From Candidatus Rokuibacteriota bacterium (GTDB lineage: Bacteria; JAUVQV01; DATDCY01): a stretch of DNA of 48,573 bases. Made by a program: the position numbers and the translations under genes. Location: contig JANOHV010000007.1 in assembly GCA_031406795.1 (NCBI GenBank), positions 1 to 48,573 of the forward strand, written 5' to 3'. Below the pieces are notes generated by a model, which worked only from the letters and a program-made list of their open reading frames with translations, ran no database searches and had not been told where the DNA came from. Within the stretch, counting starts at the first letter, position 1. Each line of letters starts with the position of its first letter. Positions 1 to 9,903 of this stretch are shown in pieces.

Positions 1-558
1 GTAATGCTGCAGCGCGGCGCGGTCGACCTCCCGGGAGAAGGCGGGGCAGGCCATGATCCCTTTGAGCTCGGAGGCGAACAGCACGAGCCCCGGAGCGCGG
101 GCGAGATAGAGCGGCTTGATGCCGAGCCGGTCGCGCACGAGGGAAAGCCGCCGCTCCCGGTCGTCCCAGAGCGCGAAGGCGAACATGCCGATGAGGCGGG
201 ACGCCGCGCCCTCGGCGCCCCACTCGCGGCAGGCAGCCAGCAGCACCTCGGTGTCGGAGTCGCTCCGGAACGCGTGCCCGCGCCCCTTGAGCTCCTCGCG
301 GATCTCGTGGTAGTTGAACACCTCGCCGTTGAACGAAATCGCGAACCGGCGGTCGCCGGAGACCATAGGCTGCGCGCCGCCCTCGGACAGGTCCAGGATC
401 GCGAGACGCCGGTGGGCGAGGCCCGCGCGGCCGTCTGGCGAGAGCCACTCGCCCGAGCCGTCCGGTCCCCGGTGTGCCAACGCGTTGCCCATCGCCACGA
501 GCAGTTCCGGTCCGTGCCGTCCAGCACCCGTCGCAAGGAATCCGGCTATTCCGCACAT
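1..558 (-). CDS. asnB: Asparagine synthase (glutamine-hydrolysing)-like amidotransferase, 5' part; runs off the window
   Basis: Manual translation from ATG at 558: MCGIAG...HRGPD...LAHRRLAILDLS...FNGEVFNY...SDTEV...RDRLGIKPLY (Ntn amidotransferase N-terminus). Not in the ORF track. Confidence 0.93.
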   Translation of the reverse strand, partial: MCGIAGFLATGAGRHGPELLVAMGNALAHRGPDGSGEWLSPDGRAGLAHRRLAILDLSEGGAQPMVSGDRRFAISFNGEVFNYHEIREELKGRGHAFRSDSDTEVLLAACREWGAEGAASRLIGMFAFALWDDRERRLSLVRDRLGIKPLYLARAPGLVLFASELKGIMACPAFSREVDRAALQHY

Positions 559-561
559 GAA

Positions 562-648
562 TCACCCGAACGAGCGAGCCAGAGCCGGTCGAATTCGATG
601 TGCCGCTGGTTCCGGACGGATTCAACGCAGGCGGGCCTGCTCGCCCAT
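562..648 (-). pseudogene. Possible C-terminal remnant of a GT4 glycosyltransferase
   Basis: Reads MGEQARLR*IRPEPAAHRIRPALARSFG*, resembling a GT4 tail with an internal stop; ends 3 nt before the asnB ATG. Confidence 0.3.
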
Positions 649-1065
649 GACGAAGGGCTCTTGCGGAAAGGCAGAGGCGGAACACAGTACCTAGCGATTG
701 GCCGCTTATTCCCGGTCCCTGTGTCAGCGCTAAGGTTTCCCAATGGCTATCCACCGTTTTTTTGTTGTACCACGTCAGCGCGGTCTCTGTACCAGCGCGT
801 CCGCCATCGTATCACGCTGGTGATTTTCGAGGGGCCAGAGAAGCGTAGCGGCCGAAACCATAGCGGAGGCCCGCCATGGGCGAGTCCAGCGCGACCTGTG
901 GCAACAGGATTTGTCGCCATCTCAAACAAAAAGTTCACACCGGTCTCTCGAGCCAGATGCGGTTCAGCTCGGCTGTGTGGTATCGTGCTCAGGTGCAGAG
1001 CGGGCGCTGAACGATGAGCAGGACTGGATTTCAGGATGGAGAGCCGGTCGGACTGACAGAAGAGC

Positions 1066-1243
1066 CAGTGCTTGTTCTGGAGTCGGGCAGTGGGTCGAGG
1101 AGGAAGCCGACGTGCTCGGGGACTGCCGCCGCGCCTTCGGCAAGAACCCGCCGCGGTCCGCGAGCCTCGCCGTGATGAGCGACTCCGACAACACGGGTGA
1201 GAAGTGGGTCTCCTTCATCGGCAGGCTAGAGATCGCGCGCTGA
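1066..1243 (+). pseudogene. DUF3047-family C-terminal fragment
   Basis: SGVGQWVEEEADVLGDCRRAFGKNPPRSASLAVMSDSDNTGE resembles the DUF3047 C-terminal signature; no recognisable N-terminal part; 5' boundary approximate. Confidence 0.65.
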
Positions 1244-1246
1244 CCC

Positions 1247-3457
1247 GTGAGTGAGAGCCTGCGCCACTACCTGCACATGGCCCGCACGCTGCCGCCGCGC
1301 ACGGCAGTGCGTCGCGCGGGACAGATCGTCCACCGGGAGGTCGCTGCGCACGCGCGCTACCTGAAGGACCGCGTGCTGCCCACGCTCGCTGCACCTCGCG
1401 CCCCCGGAACGCCCTTGCTGCGCCACTTCCCCGCTCCTCCGCCGGAGCTTCTGAAGTCCCGGGCGGACGAAATCTGCGCCCGCAGCGCGCTCTGCATTGC
1501 CCACCGTTTCGACCTGCTCGGCTCCGGCTGGGTCGAAGTGCGCCACGGCATGAGCTGCCGCGGGCTGGACGGGCATCGCCGCGAGACCCCCGCCGTCGAC
1601 CCCGTGCGCGGCATCAATCGCGCGAATCGCGGCGCGGCGCGGCGCATCCGTCGGCTGATCCCCCGCGAATACCGGCCGATCGACTGGCACCTCGACTTCA
1701 AGTCCGGCTTCCGCTGGCCGGAGAGCCTCTGGTATCGCGACATCTCCTACGGTCACCTCGCCGGGGTTGACGTGAAGGTCCCCTGGGAACTCTCCCGCAT
1801 GCAACACCTTCCCGTTCTGGCCTGGGCTTTCGCGCTGGCGCGAGACAGGTCTCCCGGCTTTATGCCACCGCACTCCTACGCGCTGGAGTTTCGCTCGCAG
1901 GTGCTCGATTTCATCGCCGCCAATCCGCCGCGCTTCGGCGTCGCCTGGGCCTGCACGATGGACACGGCGATTCGCGCCGCCAACCTGCTCGTGGCGCGGG
2001 ATCTGCTGCTGGCCGCCGGGGTCGTTTTCGATCCACTCTTCGAGGGGTTGTTTGCCGAGTGCGTCGCCGAGCACGCGCGGCACATCGTCGCCAACCTGGA
2101 GTGGAGCGTCGAGTTGCGCGGGAACCATTACCTCGCGGACGTCTGCGGCCTGTTCTTCATCGCCGCCTACCTGCCGCGTTCGCCGCTCGCCGATGCCTGG
2201 CTGGCGTTCGCCGTGCGCGAACTGGTGACCGAGGTCGAACTGCAGTTCCATCCCGATGGCAGTTCTTTCGAGGCGTCCACTGGCTACCACCGCCTGGCGG
2301 GGGAGATGGTGCTCTGGACGACCGCTCTGGTGCTCGGCCTGCCCGAGCGGAAGCTGGCCGCCCTCGCCGAGTACGACCACCGGCTGCAGCCGCACCCCCC
2401 GGGACTCGCGCCCGCGCCCGTTCCGCTTCACCCGCTGGAGGGATCGGGGCGAAGCTCGCCCTTTCCGCCGTGGTACTTCGAACGGTTGGAGCGACTTGCC
2501 GATTTCACGCTCCATGTGGCCGGCCCCGATGGGCGCGTTCCCCCGGTCGGCGATTTCGACAGCGGTCGCTTCCTCAAACTCTGGCCCGCTTTCCGTCCGG
2601 AGCAGGTCGGGCAGGCCCGACGGCGTTGGTCGAATCTCGAGGGCTTCGACGATCTGCCGGAGCATGCCCGGTACTGGTGGGAAGACCACCTGGACCACCG
2701 GCACCTTCCGGCTGCGGCTGCCGGCCTCTTTGGACGGAGCGATTTCCTGGGCGCGGGCGACGAGGGGAACCTGGAGAATTTTCTGATCAGGCATCTGGCG
2801 AACGTGACGTTGCCCGCCGTGGCGGCCGGTGCCGGGGCGAATCCCGCGGTTCCCTCCGCGTGGGGGTGCGCCTCTCCCGCCGACGCCGTTTCCCTGGAGA
2901 TCCCTCTCCCCGGCGGCGATCTGCGCAGCGGGCTCGTCCTGCGCGCCTGGCCGGGTTTCGGGTTGTACCTTTTTCGCTCGAAGCGTCTGTACCTGCTGGT
3001 GCGCTGCGGTCCCGTCGGTCAACGCGGGAACGGGGGGCACGCTCACCACGACCAACTCGGGTTGGTGGTCGCGGCCGACGGGCAGATGATCGTTGCCGAC
3101 CCCGGCAGCTATCTGTACACGCCGCTGCCGGAGCGGCGCAACGAGTATCGTTCGGTGCATGCGCACTTCGCGCCGCACACAGTTGACGGCCGCGAGCCCG
3201 GGCGCTACGGACCGGGACTCTTCTGCCTGCCTGACGAGACGCGCGCCGAATGCCTCTCTTTCTGCCCGGAAGGCTTTCTCGGGGAGCACCACGGTTACGG
3301 GTCTCCCGTCCGGCGGCGGGTGGAGATCCTGGCCGACCGGCTGCGCGTGACCGACTGGGGGAGGGGACTGGCGTTGCTCGCTCCGGCACTGCCCCCCCAC
3401 GGCTTCAGCAGCGCGGTTCCCTTCTCCTCGGGCTACGGCTGGAGGGAGCGGCGATGA
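1247..3457 (+). CDS. Heparinase II/III family protein
   Basis: DVKVPWELSRMQHL, NHYLAD, FEASTGYHRL, GHAHHDQL, DPGSYLYT motifs; 736 aa. Confidence 0.9.
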   Translation: MSESLRHYLHMARTLPPRTAVRRAGQIVHREVAAHARYLKDRVLPTLAAPRAPGTPLLRHFPAPPPELLKSRADEICARSALCIAHRFDLLGSGWVEVRHGMSCRGLDGHRRETPAVDPVRGINRANRGAARRIRRLIPREYRPIDWHLDFKSGFRWPESLWYRDISYGHLAGVDVKVPWELSRMQHLPVLAWAFALARDRSPGFMPPHSYALEFRSQVLDFIAANPPRFGVAWACTMDTAIRAANLLVARDLLLAAGVVFDPLFEGLFAECVAEHARHIVANLEWSVELRGNHYLADVCGLFFIAAYLPRSPLADAWLAFAVRELVTEVELQFHPDGSSFEASTGYHRLAGEMVLWTTALVLGLPERKLAALAEYDHRLQPHPPGLAPAPVPLHPLEGSGRSSPFPPWYFERLERLADFTLHVAGPDGRVPPVGDFDSGRFLKLWPAFRPEQVGQARRRWSNLEGFDDLPEHARYWWEDHLDHRHLPAAAAGLFGRSDFLGAGDEGNLENFLIRHLANVTLPAVAAGAGANPAVPSAWGCASPADAVSLEIPLPGGDLRSGLVLRAWPGFGLYLFRSKRLYLLVRCGPVGQRGNGGHAHHDQLGLVVAADGQMIVADPGSYLYTPLPERRNEYRSVHAHFAPHTVDGREPGRYGPGLFCLPDETRAECLSFCPEGFLGEHHGYGSPVRRRVEILADRLRVTDWGRGLALLAPALPPHGFSSAVPFSSGYGWRERR

Positions 3458-4692
3458 GGATCCTGGTGGTCAGCTGCTGGTACGCTCCCCGGGAGCACCC
3501 CCGGGCGCTGCGCTGGTCGGCAATCACCAGGGAGTGGGCGGCCGGCGGCGCGGAGGTGACGGTGCTCTGTGCCGCGGGCGCCGGACTCGCGTCACAGGAG
3601 AGCAGCGACGGGGTGCGGGTGGTGCGCATCGGGCGCGGCCCGGCCGCCGCCGCGCCGCGGTGCTGCGGAAAACCCGGCCCGGGCGCGGATCTGGCGCGCC
3701 GGATCTGGCGGGCCGTGCGCTGGCCCGACTGGGCGTGTCTCTGGTATGCCCCGGCCAGGCAAAAAGCCCTCGAATTGTCCGCCGCCGGGCAGTACGATCG
3801 TCTGGTGAGCGTTTCGGACCCCTTCACGTCCCACCTCGTGGCGCTGGCCGCGCACCGGGCTTGGCCGCGGGTGCCGTGGCTCGTGGACATCGGCGACCCG
3901 TTCTCGCTGCAGGAGCGCCCGCCGGTGAACAACCCTCTGCTTTACGGCCGGCTCAATCGGCGCATGGAGCGGCGGGTGTTGGCGGCGGCGCGCGTGGTGA
4001 CTGTGACCGCCCCAGCGGTGCGCGAGCGCTACCTCTCGGCCTTTCCCGAGGCGGCCGCGAAGATCGTGGTGATCCCCCCGCTCTATGCCCCGCCGCCCCG
4101 TGCCGCCGCTGTCGCGGTCTTCCCCGTCGACGGGAGGCTGCGTTTGCTCTGGGTGGGCACGCTCTACCGCGCGGTCCGCGATCCCCGGCCGCTGTTCGAA
4201 CTCTTCCGGCGGCTGTGCGCCGGTTCCCTCGGGGATCGCGTCGAGCTGCACCTGATGGGCGATACGGGTGATTGCGGCGAGATCGTCGAGTCCGCCCGGC
4301 GATCGTTCGACGGACGGTTGATCGTGCACGGTATCGTGCCGCGAGCGACAGCGCTGGCCGCTGCCCGCCAGGTTGCCTGCCTGGTGAACATCGGCAACGC
4401 CACCGAGAGCCAGCTGCCGAGCAAGCTGGCCGAGTATGCCGCCTCCGGCCGGCCGATCCTCAACCTGGAGGGGAGCGACGCGGACACCTCGCGTGCGTTT
4501 CTCGCCGGGTACCCGGCTCTGCTCTCCCTGCCCCACCGCAGAGCGGCAACCGCGGAGGGGGCCGAACGGCTCGAGGTCTTCCTCAGCCAGGCGGGTACGC
4601 CCGACGCCGTGCGGCTCGCCGCCTGGCTCGAGCCCTGTACCGCCGCACGCGTGGCAGCGAGCTACGCCGCTCTTTTCGAGGGCGCGGCATGA
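3454..4692 (+). CDS. Glycosyltransferase family 4-like
   Basis: MRILVVS start overlapping the upstream stop (ATGA); PSKLAEYAASGRPIL motif. Confidence 0.85.
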   Translation: MRILVVSCWYAPREHPRALRWSAITREWAAGGAEVTVLCAAGAGLASQESSDGVRVVRIGRGPAAAAPRCCGKPGPGADLARRIWRAVRWPDWACLWYAPARQKALELSAAGQYDRLVSVSDPFTSHLVALAAHRAWPRVPWLVDIGDPFSLQERPPVNNPLLYGRLNRRMERRVLAAARVVTVTAPAVRERYLSAFPEAAAKIVVIPPLYAPPPRAAAVAVFPVDGRLRLLWVGTLYRAVRDPRPLFELFRRLCAGSLGDRVELHLMGDTGDCGEIVESARRSFDGRLIVHGIVPRATALAAARQVACLVNIGNATESQLPSKLAEYAASGRPILNLEGSDADTSRAFLAGYPALLSLPHRRAATAEGAERLEVFLSQAGTPDAVRLAAWLEPCTAARVAASYAALFEGAA

Positions 4693-5795
4693 AAATCCTC
4701 TCCGTGGTCGGGGCGCGCCCGAATTTCATGAAGATCGCACCGATCGTCCGCGAGCTGCTGCGGCGCGGGGTCCCGCACCGGCTCGTGCACACCGGCCAGC
4801 ACTACGACGCGGCAATGTCCGGGGATTTCTTCCGCGACCTGGCGATCCCGCCGCCGGAGATCTCGCTCGGCGTCGGCTCCGGGACGCACGCGGAGCAGAC
4901 GGCGCACGTGATGCTCGCGCTGGAGGCGCACCTGCTGGCCGAGCGACCCGACGTCGTGCTCGTGGTCGGCGACGTCAACTCCACGGTCGCAGCCGCATTG
5001 ACGGCGGCCAAACTCGGTATCGCGATTGCGCATGTCGAGGCCGGGCTGCGCTCGTTCGACCGCTCCATGCCCGAGGAGATCAACCGCCTGGTGACCGACG
5101 CTCTGGCCGACCTGCTCTTCGTCACCGAACCCTCGGGGGTCGAAAACCTGTGCCGCGAGGGCGTGGCCCAGGAGCGCATCCATCTGGTTGGCAACGTGAT
5201 GATCGACACGCTGCTGGCGCACCTGCCAAGAGCCCGCGCCCTGGACACCCCCGGGCGCCTCGGGCTCGTGCCCGGCGGCTACGCGCTGGTGACGCTGCAC
5301 CGTCCGTCGAACGTGGACGACGCGGAAGTCTTCGCGGGGATCCTCGGCGCCCTGGGGCAGCTCGCGCGCCGGGTGCCGGTGATCTTCCCGGTGCACCCGC
5401 GCACGCGAAAGCGGGTTGAGGCGATCGGCGCGGCGGGGATCTTCCGGGAGCCGGCCGGGCCGCTGCCGCCGGGCGCGACCGGGCTCTGGTGGCTCCCCCC
5501 CTCCGGCTATCTGGAGTTCCTTGCGCTGCAGGCGGCTGCGGCTCTGGTGCTCACCGACAGCGGCGGGGTCCAGGAGGAGACGACCGCGCTCGGCGTGCCC
5601 TGCCTGACGCTGCGCGCCAACACCGAGCGCCCGGTGACGGTGGGCGAGGGCACGAACATCATCGTCGGCGTCGACCCCTCGCGCATCGTCGAGGCGGCGA
5701 CAACGATCCTCGAGGGGCGGCGCAGGCCCGGCCGGGTGCCCGCGCTCTGGGACGGCCACGCCGCCGAGCGCATCGTCGCCATCCTGCTCAGGTAG
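4689..5795 (+). CDS. wecB: UDP-N-acetylglucosamine 2-epimerase (non-hydrolysing)
   Basis: VVGARPNFMKIAP, HTGQHYD, HVEAGLRS, PEEINR, TDSGGVQEE, TERP; ATGA coupling. Confidence 0.95.
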   Translation: MKILSVVGARPNFMKIAPIVRELLRRGVPHRLVHTGQHYDAAMSGDFFRDLAIPPPEISLGVGSGTHAEQTAHVMLALEAHLLAERPDVVLVVGDVNSTVAAALTAAKLGIAIAHVEAGLRSFDRSMPEEINRLVTDALADLLFVTEPSGVENLCREGVAQERIHLVGNVMIDTLLAHLPRARALDTPGRLGLVPGGYALVTLHRPSNVDDAEVFAGILGALGQLARRVPVIFPVHPRTRKRVEAIGAAGIFREPAGPLPPGATGLWWLPPSGYLEFLALQAAAALVLTDSGGVQEETTALGVPCLTLRANTERPVTVGEGTNIIVGVDPSRIVEAATTILEGRRRPGRVPALWDGHAAERIVAILLR

Positions 5796-5822
5796 GATGA
5801 GCCGGCGCTGTTCGGGCGCGGC

Positions 5823-7430
5823 TCAGACGCGTCGCGCGGTGCAGAGTTCCTTGAGTTTTTCGACGATCCTGCGGGTGTGCTCGGCCCACGTGTAGCGCGC
5901 CACGACCTCGTCCCGGGCGGCTCGGCCGAGGCGCTCGCGCAGCGGTCCGTCCCCGATCAGCACGAGCAGCCCCTCGGCGAGCGAGGCGACGTCGCCCGGG
6001 CGGACCAGCCACGCCGTCTCGTCGTGATGCAGCACCTCGCCGATCTGGTCGAGGTCCGAGGCCACGATCCCCTTGCCCATGGCCATGTACTCGAACAGCT
6101 TGGTGGGGGAACCGAAAAACGGCGTTCCGTCGGCATTCGGCACGTGAGGCGCCGCCAGGATGTCGCAGGCGGCGAGGTGCGCGGGGCCCTCCTGCTGGGC
6201 GACAGAGCCGGTCAACACGCACACGTCTCCCCCCCCGAGGCGCTCGACACAGGCGCGGACAAGGGGCATCGTATTGCCGTCCCCGATCATCAACAGACGC
6301 ACGTAACCGCGCAGGTCGGGCCGCTGCTCCAGCAGCCGGCCGAACGCCTCGACGAGCACCTCGGCGCCGTGCCAGCGCCCGAAGGTGCCGATGAACCCGA
6401 TGACCGTCTTTTGCTCGAAATGGTACTTCGCCCGAATTGCGGTGCCGTCCACCGCAGGTGAATACCGCTCTGGGTCGACGCCATTGGGATTCACCAGGAT
6501 CTTGCCGGGGTCGATCCCGCGCACCTCCAACTCGTTCCTCAGCGGTTTGCTGATCACGACCACGAGGTCGGCGCTGCGAAGGTTGAGGCGCTCGATCCGA
6601 TCCGCAAGGGCCTCGTATTTCAGAGGGCTGCCCCAGTTTCGGCTCACCCAGAGCTCGGAACCGTTGTACTCCAGCACGAACGGGACACCCTTCCGGCGTG
6701 CAAGCGCCAGGCCGGCATAGTTGTTCAGCGAGTAGCGCTGATAGACGAACCCGATCGCCCTCCCCTGGAGACAGGCCTCGGCGCCCCTCAGGAAGTCGTG
6801 GTTGAAATGCAGCAGCGGCAGCTGATTGAAATCCAGGAATCTCCCGGAGGGGAGGACGATGTGGGTTTCAATTCCAGGATCCACCGTCGGGATAGCATCG
6901 GTCGTGAAAAACACGGGCGGCGCCGTGAAAGCCTCGAGATTGTTCAGCACGCCGGCGATGTGTCCGACCGAACCCCCGGCACGGAGTCCGAAAATCAGGT
7001 CGGTGCGCAGGTAGACCGGCGGCAGAGCCGCGAAGCCCATGCTGCCGAGGCACGTGCCGCAGCGCTCGAGGGCATCGAGCTCTCGACGAATCCTGGCGAA
7101 AAGCGCGGGGCGCCCCAGGAGGTCCCGGATCAGATGGGCGAACGCGCCTGCGAGAAGGGCGGTCGTCACCCTGCGGTTCACTCCCTGGTCGTCCTCGATC
7201 CAGGCCGCTCTGCGGCTGAGGAGGCGCACGAACAGCGCCGAAAGCAGCGGTCTGCTCAGCATGTCCAGCCGGTTGGTCCACAGCCGTGCCTCCTGATAGG
7301 CCAGCAGCAGCTTGAGCACCTCTCCCCGGAGGATGCGCTGGCGCAACTCCTCGAAGGGGACGATCTGCTGGCCCGGTGTCCGGGGCGGGGTACGGGCGGA
7401 GCCCCTCAGGACGATGATCTTCTGCCGCAC
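5823..7430 (-). CDS. Glycosyltransferase family 4 with N-terminal extension
   Basis: NPNGVD, GFIGTFGRWHG, FFGSPTKLFEYMAMGKGIVAS. Confidence 0.9.
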   Translation of the reverse strand: MRQKIIVLRGSARTPPRTPGQQIVPFEELRQRILRGEVLKLLLAYQEARLWTNRLDMLSRPLLSALFVRLLSRRAAWIEDDQGVNRRVTTALLAGAFAHLIRDLLGRPALFARIRRELDALERCGTCLGSMGFAALPPVYLRTDLIFGLRAGGSVGHIAGVLNNLEAFTAPPVFFTTDAIPTVDPGIETHIVLPSGRFLDFNQLPLLHFNHDFLRGAEACLQGRAIGFVYQRYSLNNYAGLALARRKGVPFVLEYNGSELWVSRNWGSPLKYEALADRIERLNLRSADLVVVISKPLRNELEVRGIDPGKILVNPNGVDPERYSPAVDGTAIRAKYHFEQKTVIGFIGTFGRWHGAEVLVEAFGRLLEQRPDLRGYVRLLMIGDGNTMPLVRACVERLGGGDVCVLTGSVAQQEGPAHLAACDILAAPHVPNADGTPFFGSPTKLFEYMAMGKGIVASDLDQIGEVLHHDETAWLVRPGDVASLAEGLLVLIGDGPLRERLGRAARDEVVARYTWAEHTRRIVEKLKELCTARRV

Positions 7431-7434
7431 GATC

Positions 7435-8262
7435 TCACTCCTTGCGGGCGCTCAGGACGATATACCACCCGAACGCTCTCCCCAGACGGTCCAGCCACCC
7501 GACGGGGATGAGCGGCCAGAGATGCTGCACGAGCGGGATGTCGGGCAGGTCCTCGGGCGCAAGCTTGCGTATTTTTGTCGAAAGAACCGTGAAGCCGGCC
7601 TGCTGCACCCGGTGGCGGAAATCCCTCCGCCCGTAGACGTTCACCAGCGGGCGCTCACCGGAGGTGGAGTACTCGATCATCGCGAGGCGCTCGCGGAGGG
7701 TGCGCCTCAAGAATCCCAGCCGCAGCAACTGGTCAGTGAACCCAAGGGAGAGCCAGAAAAAAATCGAGTCCCGGTGGTAGACGGTGACCATTAGTTCGCC
7801 TCCTGGCGTGAGTACCCGTCGGGCCTCCCGCAGGGACGCTTCGAGATCCGGCGTGTGGTGCAGAACGCCGTTGGAGAAATAAACATCGAAGGTGTTGTCA
7901 CCGAAGGGGAGGGACTCCGCGTCGGCGCGCAGCAGCGGCGGGTTGAATCCGAAGAGGGCAAGGTGCCGCCGTGCCAGCGGGGGATTGCCGGGAGTGATAT
8001 CGAGCCCGACGTAGCGCGCGCCGTGGCGGCAGAACTCCCAGGCATCATACCCCGCGCCGCAGCCGACTTCCAGCACGCGCTTCCCGCGGGAGGCCTCGAA
8101 GGGGAAGAGCTCCTGGAGCCACCTCATCTCGCGGCTGTTCCGCAGATCGATCACCCGTTCGAAGAATTCCCTCGTCCCCCGGGCCAGATCCGGCGCATGG
8201 GCCGTGCCGGCCGGCGTTGCGCCCCAGACGCTTGCGGCCTTGTCCTTCCAGGCCGATGTCAC
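7435..8262 (-). CDS. Class I SAM-dependent methyltransferase
   Basis: GTG start overlapping the upstream stop (GTGA); VLEVGCGAG, DAESLPF, GVLHHTPD. Confidence 0.88.
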   Translation of the reverse strand: MTSAWKDKAASVWGATPAGTAHAPDLARGTREFFERVIDLRNSREMRWLQELFPFEASRGKRVLEVGCGAGYDAWEFCRHGARYVGLDITPGNPPLARRHLALFGFNPPLLRADAESLPFGDNTFDVYFSNGVLHHTPDLEASLREARRVLTPGGELMVTVYHRDSIFFWLSLGFTDQLLRLGFLRRTLRERLAMIEYSTSGERPLVNVYGRRDFRHRVQQAGFTVLSTKIRKLAPEDLPDIPLVQHLWPLIPVGWLDRLGRAFGWYIVLSARKE

Positions 8263-9053
8263 ACCCGCTCCGCCTTCGCCTCGCGCAGGGGGGGGACGCG
8301 GAGCACGAAGACAAGGCACCAGCCGCGGATCGGGCCGCTCATGAAGGGGGAGAGGAGGAAGCCGAGGAGGTTGCGCAGGAGAGCCCGCAGAGGCCGGTCG
8401 AGCCACAGCCGCGGCAACCAGCCCCCGGGCAGCTCGAGCTCGAGCTCGAGGCCGAGGATTGCGCAGATGTGGCGCATCTCGTCCCAGCCGACGGGGTTGA
8501 TGTGGCCGTAGGCCCGGTCGACCTCCTCGAACTGGTGGAGCCGCCCGCGGAAGAGGAAATTCATTCGGGAGTACCAGGAGGCGACGTTCGGCGTCGTGAG
8601 GACCATCCGCCCCCCTGGCTTGACGAGGCTCGCCAGATCGCGGAGGAACTGCCAGGGGTTTTCGAGGTGCTCCACGACCTCGACCCCGAGTGCCAGATCG
8701 AACGCGCCCCGGTGCCGCTCGACGAAGGAAGCGACGGCGGTGCGGTCGTTCAGGTCGAGCGGTTCGAAGGGGGTGTCGCCCCGGAAGGACGCCGCATCGC
8801 GTTCGGCGGCGAGGACCCGGTAGCCGAGGTCCTCGAGCCGGCGGGCGAGGGCGCCCTCCCCGGCCCCGAGGTCGACTACGGCCCCCCCCGGGGGCGCAAG
8901 CGTCGGGACGAGCGCCGCGAGTTGCTCGTGGAGGAGTGGGTCGGCGCCCATCCGAAGGCCCCGGTAGCTCCCCTGCGGCTTCGTGTGCACGCACGAAACA
9001 AAGTCCGAAGCAGGCGCGCGGCTGCCCGGGCGGGCCCCCTCACCGCGGGACAT
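8259..9053 (-). CDS. Class I SAM-dependent methyltransferase (true start may be 8990 or 8951)
   Basis: VVDLGAGEG, EVVEHLENP, LTTPN. Confidence 0.85.
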   Translation of the reverse strand: MSRGEGARPGSRAPASDFVSCVHTKPQGSYRGLRMGADPLLHEQLAALVPTLAPPGGAVVDLGAGEGALARRLEDLGYRVLAAERDAASFRGDTPFEPLDLNDRTAVASFVERHRGAFDLALGVEVVEHLENPWQFLRDLASLVKPGGRMVLTTPNVASWYSRMNFLFRGRLHQFEEVDRAYGHINPVGWDEMRHICAILGLELELELPGGWLPRLWLDRPLRALLRNLLGFLLSPFMSGPIRGWCLVFVLRVPPLREAKAERV

Positions 9054-9903
9054 GGGCGATCACCAGCATGTTGCTGCTTGAGACGGCGCGCAAGACGAGG
9101 TCCCGCAGCCCGGCCGGAGGTTCGTCGTAACGCACTCGCGCCGCGAAACCGTGGCCGCGCAGGAAGCCGCGCCACTGCCGCCAGGACTTGACGTTGATGT
9201 GCGTCTGCTCGTAGTACAGCTGCTCCATGGAGCGCTCGAAGCCCCGGTAACCCTGCGTTGCGCCGAGCCAGGCCTCGAAGAGGCGGCTCGCTGCCGTGCG
9301 GTCGGTCCCGCAGCAGAGGGCCAGGCCGTTCGGGGTGTGCAGCAGCAGCTCTCCCCCCGGCGCAAGCAGCGCGCGTGTGGCGGCGAGCAGCGGCGCGAGC
9401 TCGCGGTCGGAGAGGTGCTCGGCGACGTCGTTGAGGACGACGAAGTCGAAGGTGGCGCCCCCCTCCCCGCGCGCCGCCAGCTCTGCGACGTCAGCCTGGA
9501 GGAAACGGGCGGGGAGGCCGCATTCGGCCGCCCGCCGGGCCGCGCGGGCGACGAACTCCGCGGAGCGGTCGACGCCGGTGCAGGCGCAGCCGCGGGAGGC
9601 GAGTGCCAGCGCGAACTCCCCGTCGCCGCAGCCGACGTCGAGCACCGCGGCGCCGCGCCGGCCTGCGAGCACGTGCGCAAAGGTATAGCGGTTGTAGACG
9701 TGGACGCGGAAGCGCCCGTCCACGAGCTCGTGCAGCGGCGTGGCCTGGATCCGCGCGCGGTAGGTCTCATCGTAAAGCTCCCCCACCTCCGCAGAGTCGA
9801 GGGCGGGGCGCAGAGCGTTCAAGAAAGCAGTGATTGTCACCGAGGCCCGGGGTTGCCCGAGCTTCGCGACGATGGCCCCGATCTGCTCCCGCGTGAGGTG
9901 CAT
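9040..9903 (-). CDS. Class I SAM-dependent methyltransferase
   Basis: Starts MHLTREQ; VLDVGCGDG, DVAEHL, HTPN. Confidence 0.85.
   Translation of the reverse strand: MHLTREQIGAIVAKLGQPRASVTITAFLNALRPALDSAEVGELYDETYRARIQATPLHELVDGRFRVHVYNRYTFAHVLAGRRGAAVLDVGCGDGEFALALASRGCACTGVDRSAEFVARAARRAAECGLPARFLQADVAELAARGEGGATFDFVVLNDVAEHLSDRELAPLLAATRALLAPGGELLLHTPNGLALCCGTDRTAASRLFEAWLGATQGYRGFERSMEQLYYEQTHINVKSWRQWRGFLRGHGFAARVRYDEPPAGLRDLVLRAVSSSNMLVIAHVPR

Noticed and set aside
899..914. Sigma54-like TGGCA...TTG site
   Set aside because: The -24/-12 spacing and the -12 sequence do not fit.
4..1017. 337-aa plus-strand ORF
   Set aside because: Antisense shadow of asnB in GC-rich DNA; no recognisable motifs.
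8431..8450. (AGCTCG)n short tandem repeat
   Set aside because: In-frame hexamer encoding LELELEL; too short to suggest phase variation.
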